The notes beneath the pieces are model-generated. The model was given only the letters and a program-made list of their open reading frames with translations, had not been told where the DNA came from and searched no databases. Below, one piece after another: positions 38,132 through 49,760 of a DNA stretch of 64,000 nt (its first letter is position 1; each line of letters begins with the position of its first letter). Source of the stretch: Mobula birostris (lineage: Eukaryota); contig NC_092382.1 in the NCBI RefSeq assembly GCF_030028105.1, forward strand, positions 20,377,792 through 20,441,791. Direction: 5' to 3'. The position numbers and the translations under genes were made by a program.

Positions 38132-38387
38132 CAGGGATGGCAACGACAGCAAGAATTGGATAGTAAATCGGCGCGAAGTCCAAGAGCGCAATGTGGATCC
38201 TTCGCGATAATGTGAGGTCATTTGAATGAGTTTTGAAGTTAGCATCCCCATTGAAACGTTCCGATCCATTGGTGTAACTTTCCACTGAACCGATCGCAGA
38301 TTCCGACCCATTCTTGAACTGTCCCGCTCTACTCTCCAGGATCGGTGTGTCGGAACTCCGATTCCCAGGTCTGTTGAACAATGTCAT
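38132..38387 (-). CDS. GPCR C exon 1 (N-terminus and TM1 start); start codon uncertain
   Basis: ...RRIHIALLDFAPIYYPILAVVAIP G|GTAAGT phase-1 donor. In-frame ATG at 38387 gives 387 aa; the alternative ATG at 38311 is out of frame by one base. No other exon 2 lies between here and 29227. Confidence 0.75.
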
Positions 38388-38431
38388 TACCGGAGGCGTT
38401 GCTCGTACTGACAATCATTGTAGGCGACCCC

Positions 38432-38497
38432 TATTTGTACTAAAGAAGCACACTCCGATGACGCAATCAGACCCCGTGGATGTTCACTTAATTAATC
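38432..38497 (-). promoter_or_regulatory. Putative core promoter of GPCR C (TACAAATA; ATGACGCAAT at 38458-38467)
   Basis: Same motif order and spacing as upstream of GPCR B. Confidence 0.4.
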
Positions 38498-39144
38498 CCA
38501 AAGCATGAACAGGTGCAGTTAACCCCTGCATAGACAGTGAAATAAAGCGGCAGGGATAGAGTGGAGGGAACAGTATGTAAGGAGCGGGGTTTAACGCCGG
38601 ATGTCATTGTCATCTGGTAGAGAAAACTATCACCGGGACTGATACACCGAACATTTTCTCCAGACGGCTGGAGCATCAGATAGTTGTTTCTTTGTTTGTC
38701 TGTTTGGCTTGCGCCGTCTGTAGTCGGCTTGTATAAGCCATCGGTGATAAACTTTCTAAGGCTCAAGGTCGAGATCAAAACCTCAACTTTACAAACGTAC
38801 AAACCGATAAAAAGCCACAACTTATAAAAAGAGAAAGGTTGGAAGCAATGTGGCGCCTTTGAAATTTCGATGTCGAAACATGATAGAGTATCTGGCGGAG
38901 AGTGATGCTCTAATGAAAATATATTGCATTCTCCGATTATAATTTATCTTGTACACTTGGATCTATACTCGGCATCATCCCCACCTCCCACCACGTTCAC
39001 TTTTCATAAATTACGATGCCATTTAATTACATCTTTTAAATCACCAAGCGAGGGAGAAGTAACAATTTCTTGTCAATTACTTTGCACCATCAGAAGCTTC
39101 TGATTATATTTCTCCTCCCTGAATGGGCATTCTTTACAACGACG

Positions 39145-39275
39145 AGAAAATCTGCAGATGCTGCAAATCCAAGCAGCACACACAAAATGCAGAAGGAACT
39201 CAACAGGTCAGGCAGCATCTATGGAAAGGAGTGAATAGCCGACGTTTCAGGTCGAGATCCTTCATCGGGACTGGG
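39145..39275 (-). mobile_element. Solo Penelope pLTR
   Basis: tctgcagatgctg...cacacaaaatgc.g.aggaactcaacaggtcaggcagcatctatggaa; same sequence as the ends of the Penelope copies. Confidence 0.8.
39237..39272 (-). ncRNA. Minimal type I hammerhead ribozyme motif (one core substitution)
   Basis: Minus strand AGUC-CCGAUGA-AGGaucucgaCCU-GAAAC-GUC-GGCU: stem I, core, stem II, GAAA, palindromic ACGU, cleavage triplet GUC. Confidence 0.62.
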
Positions 39276-39619
39276 AACAAAGAAGCCTGAAGTCCCACAG
39301 CAGCGGGCCGAAGAACGATAACTTCACTTTACCCATTCGATTCCCAAACATGTAATTAATTCTGTTCAGCAGCACTGTTCCCAACTTTGCATTAAAATGG
39401 ACTGAGTTTTATTCTAATTGTCTTTGCTTGGAAAATCTGTGATTAATTTATGCATGGTTTATGTTGTTCCTTTTTTTGTGGCGAATGCTGTTTGAATGAT
39501 GTTGCGTGCCTGTAATAACCGTGATACTGCCGGAAATAAGTTTATATTTGCAGCTGCGCATACACGTAGCTCTCCACACAACTTTAAGCTCAGATTGCTA
39601 CTTCCGAACTGTCACATAC

Positions 39620-40900
39620 CTTGAGACCATAAGATATCGGAGCACAATTAGGCCACATCGACTCCGCTCCGCATTCCCACCATGGGCGAGTCATGAGCCC
39701 TCTCAACCTCTATCACCAACTTTCTCCCCCGATACCTTTGACATCCTTACTTATCCGGAACCTATCAATCTCCGCTGTAAATATACCCGATGACCTCCCC
39801 TCGACAGTCGTCTGTGACAACTAATTCCACAGATTCAGCACCTGCTGGCTCAAGACATTCCTCCCTATCTCTCGTTCAAAGGGGCGGCCTTCTATTCTGC
39901 GTCTGTGCCCCGTCTCCTGGACTGCCCAACATCTGTGCCCCCTCTCCTGGACATCCCCACAATAGGACACATCATCCTCATCTCCACTCTAAGTTTCCAA
40001 TATGTGATGGATTTCAATGGTTCCCCCGCCAACTTCCATTTGTTTTCTAAATTGTCAGTGAATACACGCTGTGACCCCTCAAATGCTCCTCATAGGCTAA
40101 CTTTTTTCATTCCCTAGATCATTCTCGTGAGCCTAGTCTGGACACTTTCCAACGCCGGCCCATATTTTATTTGATTAACGGTTTCAAATTGCTCACAATA
40201 CTCCAAGTGTGAAGAGTCCAATGACACCTATGATGCCGTACGGCAAGAGGTACAGCAGAACACGGGCAAGGACTGTAGGAGGAGAAACAGTTTTTTTTCA
40301 GTAAGACTACTGAAATATCTGCCATGTCACATCACGTACGATGCCTCTGCACCGTTACGTTATTTACTTTTTTATTTGTATCGTATATACATCTCATAAT
40401 TTGTGAATTTATGTGTGTAACATTACTTCAGTGCTGAGAGTGTGTCACGGGTATTTTGTTGTGCACCGTGATCTGGAGGAACGCTTTCTCGCTTGGCAAT
40501 ACACATATGCACAGTTGAATAAGAATAACCTTGAACATAATTGTTTCCGTATTCCATGTACAGTAAATGAATGCTAACTTTTTTTTTGCCTTTCTAATCA
40601 CCGACTCAAGCTGCAAGTTAATCTGTCAGAAATCCTGCATCAGGTTCACCACGTCCCTTTGCACCTGTGATTTCTGAATTTGCTCCCCGTTTAGACAACA
40701 GGCTGCGACTTCATTCAATTTCGCAAGTTGCGAGAGCATACACCTCTCTACACTGCATTCCATGTGTCGCTTCTCATCCATGTGCTATCACAGAATCTGT
40801 CTAAATCCCTCTGCAGACTTCCAGCTACCTTGAGCATTACCAGCCCTGCACCTATCTTTCTCTAATGCACCACCCTGACCACAAAACCATCATCTCCATG
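39620..40900 (-). mobile_element. Decayed CR1 pieces, interrupted at about 40220-40560
   Basis: aattccacagattca, attctcgtgagcc, cacaatactccaagtg, ctgcagacttc motifs. Confidence 0.6.
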
Positions 40901-40969
40901 TTCAATATTACTGACATTTACCGGGAAACCCCTCATGAACATAAACCTCTCCAGAAGATCACATCTTCC

Positions 40970-41520
40970 AATTATCATTATTATTATTATTAATATTATT
41001 ATATTACTACTAAAACTACTGCTACTGCATTTCCGCAGCTCAAGCTGGTAAAGCATCAGGTACGGGCTTAGCCAAGCACATTCATTTATCCATTGCTGGG
41101 AACTTCCGGGGTATTCTGGTGGTTTTTAGTATTGTGGCTTCCTGAAGATCCACATAAGTATTTCTAGGCCTAATTACCTGAATGCTATTGTGCAGTGATT
41201 CTGTGACGATAACAGTTGTAGGTATTTCTATTGGGACAATCTATGCCCTGTTCATGTTCCACAGTCTTTCAATTTTCTCTTTTAATTCAGATTATTCTGG
41301 TGCTTTCTACTTTTTGATTCCTGCAGGTTAAGTGTGTTTGGACTGACAGTATCGATTAAGTGAATTGTTCTTTCTGGTTTATTGTCTAACAATACAACTG
41401 AACGGTTATATCTTATCTATAATAATTGTTCAGGCGTAATGTAATTTGAAGGACTCAACTGCGTGACTTAAGCAGGCATGTGTGTTCAGTAGGATATGCT
41501 GTATTTTATTGTTGAATTTG
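40970..41520 (-). mobile_element. R4/Dong-clade non-LTR 3' end (restriction-like endonuclease) with (TAA)n tail
   Basis: HLIDTVSPN, KEKIERLWNM..IVPI, LQEATILKTTRIPRKF followed by (TAA)n at about 40970-41005. Confidence 0.7.
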
Positions 41521-41574
41521 GAAAATATGTTTAGCATTTAATTGAATCCACAAAAGTAAAGTGAGTTTGTTTAT

Positions 41575-41860
41575 TATTTATTTATGGAGACAGAGAGTGG
41601 AACAGGCACTTCCGGCCCATCGAGCCACACACACCGCCCAGCAATCCACTGATTGAACCCTAACCTTATCACGGGACACTTTACAATGACAAATTAACCT
41701 GTCAATCGCTTCACCTTTGGTATGTGGGAGGAAACTGTAACACCTAGAGGATACCCACGCGGTGAAGTGGGGAACGTACAAACCTCTCACAGGCAGCAAC
41801 AGGAATTGAATCCCCATCGCCTGTACTGTAAAGTGTTCTGCTAACCACTACGCTACCGTA
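41575..41860 (-). mobile_element. tRNA-derived SINE (V-SINE/HE1-like)
   Basis: A box ggtagcgtagtggttagc, B-box-like ggattcaattcc, central gcgtgggtatcctc..gtttcctcccaca, CR1-type tail and (taaa)n. Confidence 0.75.
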
Positions 41861-41984
41861 CCCAAAATATACAGCGTCCTCCAATAAATCCACTGTAATC
41901 GAATAACGCCAGGTAACAATCATTATGAAGCTCTCTGGACAGCTGATAATAACAGCACCAATCCTGCGACACAGGGCACTCACT

Positions 41985-44900
41985 AATACGGCTACCTACA
42001 GAATCGCTCTACGAGAAATGCCATGGCATCTGTCAGAATCTGTCCCTGCCTCAACTCGTAATCAAGGAGACATAGAAACATAGAAACATAGAAAATAGGT
42101 GCAGGAGTAGGCCATTCGGCCCTTCGAGCCTGCACCATCATTTATTATGATCATGGCTGATCATCCAACTCAGAACACCGCCCCAGCCTTCCCTCCATAC
42201 CCCCTGACCCCCGTAGCCACAAGGGCCATATCTAACTCCCTCTTAAGTATAGCCAATGAACTGGCCTCAACTGTTTCCTGTGGCAGAGAATTCCACAGAT
42301 TCACCACTCTTTGTGTGAAGAAGTTTTTCCTAATCTCGGTCCTAAAAGGCTTCCCCTCTATCCTCAAACTGTGGTCCCTCGTTCTGGACTTCCCCAACAT
42401 CGGAAACAATCTTCCTGCATCTAGCCTGTCCAATCCCTTTAGGATTTTATACGTTTCAATCAGATCCCCCCTCAATCTTCTAAATTCCAACGAGTACAAG
42501 CCCAGTTCATCCAGTCTTTCTTCATATGAAAGTCCTGCCATCCCAGGAATCAATCTGGTGAACCTTCTTTGTACTCCCTCTATGGCAAGGATGTCTTTCC
42601 TCAGATTGGGGGACCAAAACTGCACACAATACTCCAGGTGTGGTCTCACCAAGGCCTTGTACAACTGCAGTAGTACCTCCCTGCTCCTGTACTCGAATCC
42701 TCTCGCTATAAATGCCAGCATACCATTCGCCTTTTTCACCGCCTGCTGTACCTGCATGCCCACTTTCAATGACTGGTGTATAATGACACCCAGGTCTCGT
42801 TGCACCTCCCCTTTTCCTAATCGGCCACCATTCAGATAATAATCTGTTTTCCTATTTTTTGCCACCAAAGTGGATAACTTCACATTTATCCACATTAAAT
42901 TGCATCTGCCATGAATTTGCCCACTCACCCAACTTATCCAAGTCACCCTGCATCCTCTTAGCATCCTCCTCACAGCCAACACCGCCACCCAGTTTCGTGT
43001 CATCCGCAAACTTGGAGATGCTGCATTTAATTCCCTCATCCAAGTCATTAATATATATTGTAAACAACTGGGGTCCCAGCACTGAGCCTTGCGGTACCCC
43101 ACTAGTCACCGCCTGCCATTCTGAAAAGGTCCCATTTATTCCCACTCTTTGCTTCCTGTCTGCTAACCAATTCTCCACCCACACCAATACCTTACCCCCA
43201 ATACCGTGTGCTTTAAGTTTGCACACTATCTCCTGTGTGGGACCTTGTCAAAAGCCTTTTGAAAATCCAAATATATCACATCCACTGGTTCTCCCCTATC
43301 CACTCTACTAGTTACATCCTCAAAAAATTCTATGAGATTCGTCAGACATGATTTTCCTTTCACAAATCCATGCTGACTTTGTCCGATCATTTCACCGCCG
43401 TCCAAATGTGCTGTTATCACATCCTTGATAACTGACTCCAGCAGTTTCCCCACCACCGACGTTAGGCTAACCGGTCTATAATTCCCCGGTTTCTCTCTCC
43501 CTCCTTTTTTAAAAAGTGGGGTTACATTAGCCACCCTCCAATCCTCAGGAACTAGTCCAGAATCTAACGAGTTTTGAAAAATTATCACTAATGCATCCAC
43601 TATTTCTTGGGCTACTTCCTTAAACACTCTAGGATGCAGACCATCTGGCCCTGGGGATTTATCTGCCTTCAATCCCTTCAATTTACCTAACACCACTTCC
43701 CTACTAACATGTATTTCGCTCAGTTCCTCCATCTCACTGGACCCTCTGTCCCCTACTATTTCTGGAAGATTATTTATGTCCTCCTTAGTGAAGACAGAAC
43801 CAAAGTAATTATTCAATTGGTCTGCCATGTCCTTGCTCCCCATAATCAATTCACCTGTTTCTGTCTGCAGGGGACCTGCATTTGTCTTTACCACTCTTTT
43901 CCTTTTTACGTATCTATAAAAGCTTTTACAGTCCGTTTTTATGTTCCCTGCCAGTTTTCTCTCATAATCTTTTTTCCCCTTCCTAATTAAGCCCTTTGTC
44001 CTCCTCTGCTGAACTCTGAATTTCTCCCAGTCCTCAGGTGAGCCACTTTCTCTGGCTAATTTGTATGCTTCTTCTTTGGAATTGATACTATCCCTAATTT
44101 CTCTTGTCAGCCACGGGTGCACTACCTTCCTTGATTTATTCTTTTGCCAAACTGGGATGAACAATTGTTGTAGTTCATCCATGCAACCTTTAAATGCTTG
44201 CCATTGCATATCCACCGTCAATCCTTTAAGTGTCATTTGCCAGTCTATCTTAGCTAATTCACGTCTCATACCTTCAAAGTTACCCCTCTTTAAGTTCAGA
44301 ACCTTTGTTTCTGAATTAACTATGTCACTCTCCATCTTAATGAAGAATTCCACCATATTATGGTCACTCTTACCCAAGGGGCCTGTCACGAAAAGATTGC
44401 TAATTAACCCTTCCTCTTTGCTCAGAACCCAGTACAGAATAGCCTGCTCTCTAGTTGGTTCCTCGACATATTGGTTCAAAAAACCATCCCGCATACATTC
44501 CAAGAAATCCTCTTCCTCAGCACCTTTACCAATTTGGTTCACCCAATCTACATGTAGATTGAAGTCACCCTTTATAACTGCTGTTCCTTTATTGCACACA
44601 TTTCTAATTTCCTGTTTAATACCATGTCCGACCTCACTACTACTGTTAGGTGGCCTGTACACAACTCCCACCAGCGTCTTCTGCCCCTTAGTGTTACGCC
44701 GCTCTACTCATATCGATTCCACATCTTCCCGGCTTATGTCCTTCCTTTCTGTTGCGTTAATCTCTTCTTTAACCAGCAACGCCACCCCACCTCCCCTTCC
44801 TTCATGTCTATCCCTCCTGAATATTGAATATCCCTGAACGTTGAGCTCCCATCCCTGGTCACCCTGGAGCCATGTCTCCGTGACCCCAACTATATCATAA

Positions 44901-45830
44901 TCATTAATAACAATCTGCACTTTCAATTCATCCACCTTATTACGAATGCTCCTTGCATTGACACACAAAGCCTTCAGGCGCTCTTTTACAACTCTCTTAG
45001 CCCTTATACAATTATGCGGAAAAGTGGCCCTTTTTAATGCTTGCCCTGAGACGTGTGTGAGAATATTGTTTGTGAATTTTATTTCGGCATTCAAATCGGT
45101 TGCGTCATCGACCAGGTTGAAGAAGCTCCCACTTCCCCTTCTGAGTAGACCACCGTGCAAATGGGTGTTGGACTTCCTAAACAACAGATCTCAGATAGTC
45201 AGTGTGCACAGCAACTCTCGCTTTCCTTATTTTTCAGAAATGGTGCTCCAGGTCCCGGACTGTGTGCTGAGTCCAGCGATGTACAAACTGCGCTCATCCC
45301 TGCATGAAAAGCACCCGAGTAATGGCGTTGTTGATATCGCAGATGACACGACAGTGGTGGGGTTCATCGTCAATAACAATGAGGAAGTAGAGGTGACCGC
45401 AGCTCACCGCCAGGCAGATAACTTCAGCCTCACTGTCAACAAGGCAATGGAGATGGTTATCGCCTTCGGGAGTCCCCGCACCACTCCTACCCCTCCAGAA
45501 ATCTGCGGCACAGCAGTGGAAATTGTGTGTGGTCTCAAACGCTTTGGGATGCATATATTGTACAACCCCTCATGGTGCCAGGTAAAATCCTACGCAATTC
45601 AGAACGCTCATATACGCCTTTCCTATCTGAGGAGGACGGATGGTGTACATCAACCATCAGGACCACTGGCAGGTGTGTCGTGGAGGCCGATCCTGGCAGT
45701 AGTCTATTTGCCACGTATACAAACAGCCTGCTGAATAACTGTGTATCTCACCTCCGTCGTGGATCAGGCTACGGAGCTTCCACGCCACCATGACTGGACT
45801 CAGTAAATTACTTTCCCCATGCTGTAAAAC
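41985..45830 (+). mobile_element. Rex1/Babar-like RT relic split by a CR1 insertion (host pieces about 41985-42071 and 45048-45830)
   Basis: YLQNRSTRNAMASV on the left continues as TCVRILFVNFISAFKSV...CKWVLDFLNNRSQIV...CVLSP...IADDTTVVG on the right. Confidence 0.78.
42072..45047 (-). mobile_element. Young CR1 with near-complete ORF2 (APE + RT), three lesions
   Basis: ORFs 44708-45184, 43226-44671, 42852-43226 and 42170-43102 tile ORF2; (TTTCTATG)n tail; GAGAC on both flanks. Confidence 0.96.
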
Positions 45831-45879
45831 ATCAAAATTTCCACTCCACAGCGTACCTTCAAAACCGCAACATAGCTAG

Positions 45880-46990
45880 TATTTTACTATTTCCTGTCAG
45901 ACACGTTATCCAAATAAAATAATGATACTGATAATATCATGATAACAAGAGAAATAAATGAATAATAAATATTGAGAACGTCAGCTGACGATCCTTTAAA
46001 AATGGGATCTCTAGTTTGTGGGAACAGGTCAGTGATGGGGCGAGTGAATCTGTGTGAAGTTATCCCCTCTAGTACAAGACTCTGAGTGTTAAGGGGTAAT
46101 AACTGTTCGTGAACCTGGTGCTGTTGGTCCCGAGACTCCTGCAGCTTTTTCTGATGGTTATGGCGAGAACTGAACATCGCCTGAACGGCGAGCTCCGTGA
46201 TGATTTATACTGCTTTCCAGCGCTCTGTTTAGATGTGCTCAACCTCGGGAGTTAGGCTTTTTCAGTGATGGACTGGGCCGTGTCGAGTACTTTTTGCAGG
46301 GTTTTCCGTTCACAGGCTCTGGTGATTCCATTCATCCGTGAAGCAACTGACTGTCCACCACACATTAATGTCAAAGTTTGAGATGTCATGGCCAGGAAAT
46401 TATAGTTACCTGAAAGGCCGTGAATGTTGTCCACATGGACTTTCGCAAGGCCTTTTGCCAATGACCCGCTTGGGAGTTTGCTCAATCAGTCCCAATTGTC
46501 ATTCAGAATGAGGTAGTAAATTTGTTTAGTCAGTGGCCTCGCCGGAATAGCCAGAGAGGGGTTGTAGATGGGTGTTTCTCTGACTGGAGGCCTGTGACTA
46601 GCGTTGTGCTGAACGACACTGCTTTGCGTCCATTGATGCAGGGCATCTGTATCAGCGATCTGGGTGATGAACCGGTAAACTGAATCAGCCAATTTGTGTA
46701 TGACACCAAGACGTGAAAGGCAGTGGACAGCAAAGCGGGCTGTCAAAGCCTGCAATTTGGGAAAAGAAAATTCCCAAATATGGGAGATGGAATTTAATGC
46801 AGACAAGTGTGAGGTGCATCATATGGGTGGAAAAACCAGGTTAGGAGTTGTATGGTTAACAATAGGGAACTGAACTGAAGGGTGTGGTAGAACAGACCGA
46901 TCGGTGAGTACAGATATATAATTCATTGAAAGTGCCATCAAGATTAGGTAGGATCGTAAAGACAGCTCTTAGCGCATTTGCTTTAATAAA
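45880..46990. mobile_element. Decayed LINE fragments (L2/Rex-type 3' end on -, CR1 RT on +)
   Basis: RKTLQKVLDTAQSIT (-); gactttcgcaaggccttttg and gatggaatttaatgcagacaagtgtgagg (+). Confidence 0.65.
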
Positions 46991-46994
46991 TTAA

Positions 46995-47640
46995 GGACAA
47001 CACAGCAGATCTGCAAGACAGCTGTAAATACCTAGGGATCCTGCAGACGCATGGAAGCCACGATAAGGACACAATAAATAATGAAAAATCCAAGACCTCC
47101 AAAGAGTGAGACAGGTTGTAAAAGGTCAGCTGAATGGGAAGAGGAAGATCGGAGCCATCAATACATTCGCCCCAGCGGTTATAAGATACCCCGTCACAAT
47201 ATTGTGCTGGCCAAGGAGCGAACTGGAAGCTGCTGATATCAATACCCGGAGACTACTAACAAGACATGGAGGATTCTATCCAAAGTCCATCGTCGAGCGA
47301 CTATACACCCACTGGAATAAAGGACGACGGGGACTTGGAAGTGTCAAGGCCACAGTCATGGAACAAATGAGAAACACCCATAAATATGTCAGGAAGATGG
47401 TCCCTGAGGCACCTGGGGGAATACCTCACACAGCAGGCAGGGGATATGGAAGTAGAAGAGGGTGAACCAGAGCCAGAGGACCAGAGGCCATGGAAGGACA
47501 AGCCGCTGCACGTGTGATGTCCCATCGCCAGATATCAGAGGCGGCTGACGTAAGCAAGTCCAGTCAATGACGAAATGGCCGGGCTGAGGGGCAGCACAGA
47601 GGCGCTACTCATGGCGGCACAAGAAGAGGAGCCGAGCACA
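46995..47640 (+). mobile_element. R4/Dong-clade RT C-terminal fragment
   Basis: KYLGILQ, QLNGKRKIGAINTFA..VIRY, KSIVERLY...GRRGL, WKDKPLH, STEALLMAAQE. Confidence 0.8.
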
Positions 47641-48869
47641 CGAAGTGTGTCGAAACCTGAAGAGCGAATGGATGGACAAACCTCTGGGCGTCCACAGCCT
47701 TTCACAGGGTCTTCTGAGAATCAACGCCTCTGGCAAAGATAGTTCCACATTCGACAGAGATCGATGACGTACCAGAGGACGAGAGGATTCCTGTTATTTC
47801 TGAAGGAGGAGCTAGGGAACTGAGGGCCAGTGAGCCTCATATTATAAGTGAGAAATGCATAGTAAGGATTCTGAAGAGCCGGAATGGGCGATAATGTCTC
47901 GCGAATTGAACTGAGTTTATGAGCAGGTGAACAAACAGTTAGAAGCATATATGGTGCTAGGCATTTAATACCCGAGCATTGGCAAGTCCCCGCAAGATGG
48001 TCTGCTCCAGGATGTTACAATACATAGTGTCCAGCAATTAACATCGTGCTAGGTGGCACAATGTGCTGGTGGGATGGGGGGTGTCATTATTTAGGATTGC
48101 AGGCCTGTGACCAGTGATGTGCGGCAGCGATCGATGTTGGGTCTTCGATAAATCTCTTTCCAGGTCCTAAATTATCGGTCCCGCCTTCAATACCAGGGAA
48201 GCATGACTTGCAAAAGGATTCACTGTTACAAAACAACCTCTGAAATAGAGTCTGTAAGGTTTCTGGCGGCCCAAAAGTATGACATTGTTTCATGTCAAAA
48301 CAGCGGAGGTTTAGATGCGAACTGCTCGCGTTTTGGAATTTATGAATTGTATTGTCACGCTGAACACTGAAAGATTTAACAAAACTGGAAATTTTATTAA
48401 CCAAAGTGAAAAAAAAACAAAACAGTAGAAATTACACATTCTTGTATAATTCAAAATAATTGAACCATAATGTCATCAGGCAAGGACGGTACGACGGAGC
48501 CCCGAAGGGTTAGCACCGCCACTTTAAATGCACTCCAGGGTACAAAGGAATCTGTGTCCAGCTAAGTAAAACCCCGACTCGTGACAAGCGTACAGGTAAA
48601 CATTGTGATAAGCGACAAAAGTCCAAGCATACTGAATTGCGCACCCGCAAAGTCCCGAGGAAAGTTAATTGGTGCTACCCGAGGACAATGGCTACTGAAA
48701 TGGAAACGACCGAAGACCCAACTATAACACGTTAAAACACGGAACAATATATTATAACTGCCATTATTAAAACTCAGGAAACACACGCCCAAAAAATTTT
48801 TTTTAAAAAACACACGAAACAGGAAGCAAGGTTAGAGCTGTCAGAATCCTCCGTCGACGACCCGAGATT

Positions 48870-49760
48870 GTGACAGAGCCCGTCCCCCTATGGTCGGCAC
48901 CTGACAGCCCAGCACTACATAGAATGTACCACGGAATCCTGAAGTAAAGCCAAGATCCAAAATACCTCTGGTTCCTCCGGACCCTGTCAGTCCCAAACTA
49001 TTGTATTGTCGGAGTCCCTTTTACTTCGTGAATTAAACAGTCTATGGATTGTGTAAACACTTGCACTGTCTAAGCTCCTAGGTGGAGTGTGTGACTTGGG
49101 ATTCCGGGTCAATATCAATGTTTCAATGTGGATACAAGAAAGGTGGGATGAAATCTCATAGAACGGGAAGTTGTAACGGGTTAATTTTCCAAATGAATTT
49201 AATGCACTGATAAAGCGAGTCGCTAGTTTACGTGATTCTAGTTTGAGTGGAAGATAGTTATTTCAAAGCCAGATTGCTGACCGGAGCTTGGAAGTGAATT
49301 GAGCACCTCAGTCCCAAGCAGTATCAATGGGAAACTGTGTATACGGAAAGCCTGGTGTGTGAGATGCTCTGCGGTTTGTCCGGCTGATGGTACCTTGTTT
49401 AGAGGAATGAATCAGCAAGACCTGAAAAACCTATGGGGCAGAGCTGAAATAGTGGTGAATGAAAGTGACTGAGGCAGACTGGCAATAGACCAGGGGCGTG
49501 AAGGACAAGGTAGAGGAATGGGTGCTGCTCCGCACGACGGTTCCTCCAGTTTCCGGCAGTCGGCAGTATAAGTCAACGTCGATTGGATGAGCAAAAGCCA
49601 GGGTTTCCAAGGCGATAAGAGTGAAGACCATCGAAATCAGAATGAGGACAAAGATGAGCAAGTAAAACGGTCAGTTTTCGGGGGTGAGAATCCCTGTCCG
49701 CCACGGAATTAACCCAGTGAACTGTAAACACGGATGTCATCAGCCCCATAGTCTTTTCGC
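48870..49760 (-). mobile_element. Gypsy (chromovirus-like) integrase/chromodomain relic ending at a PPT and LTR start
   Basis: HSYRLGNPG, PLPCPSRPWS, GPEE; purine tract agggggacggg then TGTCAC on -. Confidence 0.55.

Noticed and set aside
42147-44837. Long + strand ORFs (230, 150 and 258 aa)
   Set aside because: Antisense shadows of CR1 ORF2
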